From an uncultured Bacilli bacterium (lineage in GTDB: Bacteria > Bacillota_I > Bacilli_A > RF39 > UBA660): a stretch of 38,807 bases of DNA. Within the stretch, counting starts at the first letter, position 1. Each line of letters starts with the position of its first letter. Below the pieces are notes generated by a model. It worked only from the letters and a program-made list of their open reading frames with translations. It was not told where the DNA came from and did no database searches. Location of the stretch: positions 1 through 38,807 of the forward strand of contig CALVRK010000001.1 in the NCBI GenBank assembly GCA_944358565.1, read 5' to 3'. The position numbers were made by a program, and so were the translations under genes. Positions 36,266 to 38,807 of this stretch are shown here, piece by piece.

Positions 36266-37567
36266 TTATTCAGTTACAATCCAAGCATTAGGAATCGCTC
36301 TTGTTACCTTCTTACCACTACCGTTAACCGGTTTATTAGTAAGCTCTCCATTAATAACTAATCCACATGAAGTTCCACCATCTAAATTAGCCGCATTATA
36401 AGCTCCATAACGCATCATAATTTCCGTAAGTTCTACCATACCTACACCATCAATACCATGTGCATAATCACGGCCATCCATTACTAAGAATAAAACAATA
36501 CCATCTTGTCTTTGTCCGATTGCACTTCTAGGAGCCGTTCCCCATCCACCATTACCTTTAATGAATGATGGCTCACCATTAACAACTAAAAATGGTCCAA
36601 ACTCAATAGCATCACGCACACCTTTAGCTAAAGCTTCATCAGCTGACATTTTACCCATAATTAATTTATTATCATTAGTAAAACCAATAATTCCACCACT
36701 AACATTAGATCTAGCTAAATTACTAACCAATTTTCCATTTTTTATAACTGCACCATGTGGCTTACCACCATTACCAACATATCCAGGATCAAAAAAACCA
36801 CTAGCGTTCATTGCTACAACCGCATTATTTTTTTTCGCAATCGTCGTAAGCATCTCTCCACTATTATTCATATTACTAGCTGTTGCCACCTTAACCTTAG
36901 AAGCATCATAAATAGCCACTAAATAACCACGCATACCATCTTCGTTAATATTTATTAACTTATAAGTATCTCCTTCTTCATGAGTTAAAATTTCTTTTTC
37001 ATATTTATTTTTATACATTACTTTAGAATGACTATAATCAACAAAGCTAATTGCATTTAAATCAGTCTCTTCATTAGATTCTTTAACATAATTATCTTGC
37101 ATAACCTTATTAATAGTCTCATTATCATAAAACCAAGTAGCTAAATACTTATGACTCATCGTTGTCATTGCCGTTGTAATAAGCCAATTTCTAAAATTTG
37201 GATAAGGACCATATAGTAGAAAACTAACTCCCGCACCACAAATTAATCCAAGGCAAATCAAGATAACTACAATTTTTTGCCACAATTTCATTTTTTTATC
37301 TTTTGATGCTTTTTTACCAATTTCTTCTTTTATTTCATTATCACTAACTTGAACTTCTGGAATATCTTCATACTCTTTTGTCTCTTCTTCAAACTTATTA
37401 AGTAATCTATCAATATCAATATCTTTTTTTTCTATAAATATATCACCTGAAGATGGATCTTTAATAAATTCTTCATTCTGCTGATTTATCATTTCTTTTG
37501 AAGATTCTTGACTTATTTTTACATCTTCTTCATCTTCAAACAATAATTCAATATCATCTCTCTTCAT
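36266..37567 (-). CDS. Phosphodiester glycosidase family protein (DUF2233/NAGPA-like), N-terminally anchored
   Basis: Acidic N-terminal tail, one TM segment, then NASGF, PRSAIGQRQDG and NLDGGTS motifs. Confidence 0.7.
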   Translation of the reverse strand: MKRDDIELLFEDEEDVKISQESSKEMINQQNEEFIKDPSSGDIFIEKKDIDIDRLLNKFEEETKEYEDIPEVQVSDNEIKEEIGKKASKDKKMKLWQKIVVILICLGLICGAGVSFLLYGPYPNFRNWLITTAMTTMSHKYLATWFYDNETINKVMQDNYVKESNEETDLNAISFVDYSHSKVMYKNKYEKEILTHEEGDTYKLININEDGMRGYLVAIYDASKVKVATASNMNNSGEMLTTIAKKNNAVVAMNASGFFDPGYVGNGGKPHGAVIKNGKLVSNLARSNVSGGIIGFTNDNKLIMGKMSADEALAKGVRDAIEFGPFLVVNGEPSFIKGNGGWGTAPRSAIGQRQDGIVLFLVMDGRDYAHGIDGVGMVELTEIMMRYGAYNAANLDGGTSCGLVINGELTNKPVNGSGKKVTRAIPNAWIVTE

Positions 37568-38138
37568 TCGCAGTTACCTCTTTCCCAAAATATTCTCCAT
37601 CTTTATCATAATCAATATAATCTTCATATATTTTATATTCAGCTTTATTCACCACTGGAAATTTTCCGCCACCTTCAGTATTATAATTTTCATATTCACT
37701 TACCATTTGATTATAAAGTTTAACATCACTTATATAATAATTCATTGCAGCTTCATAATTTACTTTAAAATTAGTACATTTAGTACTTACCTTCACATCT
37801 CCATACTCCAAATCACAGTTTTCTTTTAAAACTTGCGCCGAATCTTCAACTTTTTGAATACCATCCGCATAATTACTCATAAAATTATTCCAAGCCTCTG
37901 CATTATCCCTTAATGTTTCTAAATATAAATCTTCTTTATAAGAATAAAATTGATTTCTTAAATTTGAAAAATCATTAACCATTTGGTTAAAAGTAGGATA
38001 AGCTTCTAAAATTTTATCCATTTTTGCTTGTGTTTCAGCTCTATCTTCTTTTAATCCAGAAAACCAAACCCAAGCACCTATAAATATAATAGCAGTAATT
38101 ACTATAACAATTCCAATTATTGTTAAAGACTTCTTCAT
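37554..38138 (-). CDS. Membrane-anchored helical protein of unknown function
   Basis: 194 aa with N-terminal TM segment IIGIVIVITAIIFIGAWVWF and a helical extracellular part. The stop overlaps the next gene's start by 14 nt. Confidence 0.55.
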   Translation of the reverse strand: MKKSLTIIGIVIVITAIIFIGAWVWFSGLKEDRAETQAKMDKILEAYPTFNQMVNDFSNLRNQFYSYKEDLYLETLRDNAEAWNNFMSNYADGIQKVEDSAQVLKENCDLEYGDVKVSTKCTNFKVNYEAAMNYYISDVKLYNQMVSEYENYNTEGGGKFPVVNKAEYKIYEDYIDYDKDGEYFGKEVTANEER

Positions 38139-38356
38139 ACTAAGCGCACCCTCTTATCTTATACAATAATATCAAAATATAAAAAAAATGTAAAGTTATG
38201 TCGAGTAAAAAACATGACTATATCTGTCATCCTCTCACATAGTAAGCATTAATACTATACAATTAGATCTACCTTAAGTAAAACAGTCTTACTATCACTA
38301 GTAATTTCTGCTATCAATTTCACAAACATCATTTACACTTTATTTTTTTCATATAT

Positions 38357-38398
38357 AAAACGTCCGCGAAGCGGACGTTTATAAAGGCTTCGCCTTTA
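38357..38398. terminator. Tandem GC-rich hairpins (bidirectional intrinsic terminator)
   Basis: AAACGTCCGC-GAA-GCGGACGTTT (38358-38380), then AAAGGC-TTC-GCCTTT (38384-38398). On the minus strand hairpin 1 is followed by TTTTATATATG. Confidence 0.7.
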
Positions 38399-38423
38399 CT
38401 AATTTGTTCTATCATTTATATAT

Positions 38424-38768
38424 TTATTCTACTATAGTGAATGGGCTTTCTTTAGTTCCTTCTCCAGATAAAGTAGTGTCAGATTTCAAAAAGATAACTG
38501 GGCGAGGGGCGTAAAAACTATTGCTCGCATAACTGTTGTACACGTACGCAGACGAACTATGCACATTACCGTACCAGACATAATTCGAATTGCCACCAGT
38601 CTCATTAGAAAAAGCATTTATTGTCCAATAATATAATGAATTTGCTGTTCCTTTATCTAATAAGTAATTACTATTACATTCATTTGTACCATTCTGTGAA
38701 GTTGTAGCTGATGTACATAGTGGATTTGTAGAGAGTGTATAATCTAGTGTGTAAATTATAAAACACAC
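38424..38768 (-). pseudogene. C-terminal fragment of a DUF6273-like surface/pseudopilin-associated protein (apparently 5'-truncated)
   Basis: Ends ...YYWTINAFS...YVWYGNV...YAPRPVIFLKSD...SPFTIVE. The only start is a GTG inside a hairpin, with no SD. The frame stays open to the window edge. It is much GC-richer than its neighbours. Confidence 0.4.
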
Positions 38769-38774
38769 TAGATT
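38741..38774. repeat. Perfect 12-bp inverted repeat with 10-nt spacer
   Basis: AATCTAGTGTGT-aaattataaa-ACACACTAGATT, followed by TTTT on the plus strand. Confidence 0.85.
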
Positions 38775-38807
38775 TTTAATATGTAAGAAATGGAGATGAA
38801 AAATATG

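Noticed and set aside
2639-36911. Other short plus-strand ORFs nested in minus-strand genes: 2639-2833, 3876-4131, 5166-5429, 7177-7647, 8593-9003, 16122-16307, 18530-18769, 23867-24311, 29230-29481, 31470-31661, 36561-36911
   Set aside because: All lie fully inside well-supported genes on the other strand. They lack SD sequences and recognisable motifs and have biased composition, as expected for antisense frames in AT-rich DNA.
38139-38423. 285-bp gap searched for a small gene or ncRNA
   Set aside because: It contains only a 14-codon ORF without an RBS and the two terminator hairpins. No other conserved-looking structure is visible by eye.
1-38807. CRISPR arrays, rRNA genes, integrases/recombinases, intact transposases, toxin-antitoxin pairs, restriction-modification or other known defence operons
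   Set aside because: None was found in reading both strands. The DPPW methyltransferase (17011-18045) has an RNA-methylase (UPF0020/THUMP-like) layout and no nuclease partner. Its PHP neighbour is a housekeeping-type phosphoesterase.

Overview
Chromosomal segment of a very AT-rich, low-GC Gram-positive (Bacillota / Erysipelotrichia-like) genome; almost every gene is on the minus strand. Left to right: (1) the distal end of the dcw division cluster (murG-murB-divIB-ftsA, plus the 5' end of ftsZ). (2) A BceAB-like ABC pair and an ArsR/SmtB-regulated P1B metal ATPase. (3) Housekeeping genes: SDR, CorA, GNAT, tRNA-Thr, phosphomannomutase, a secreted NodB deacetylase, a 5xLysM amidase, an RNA methyltransferase and a PHP phosphoesterase. 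(4) A roughly 10 kb, even more AT-rich glycan-biosynthesis operon at 19.9-29.6 kb. It encodes ManC, a small PglC-type priming transferase, two GT4s, a NodB deacetylase, a radical SAM/SPASM enzyme, a GT2, a FemAB/CelD-like acyltransferase, an SDR and a GH5-like hydrolase. No flippase, polymerase or exporter is visible. (5) MazG-like, metallophosphoesterase, gmk, an acidic DUF1292-like protein and an uncharacterised 500-aa bitopic protein. (6) A pentapeptide-repeat protein, tRNA-Arg, an HD protein and three envelope proteins. (7) A GC-richer truncated gene next to a perfect 12-bp inverted repeat at the right edge. The least expected signal is a 139-bp unit present twice (1682-1820 and 33601-33739). 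The two copies align without gaps, share both boundaries, and encode only the C-terminal tail of a TnpB (IS200/IS605 OrfB) nuclease. In characterised TnpB elements that is the part overlapping the omega-RNA scaffold. One copy lies between divIB and ftsA. No CRISPR array, rRNA or intact transposase was seen. All calls rest on reading motifs by eye; no database search was possible.
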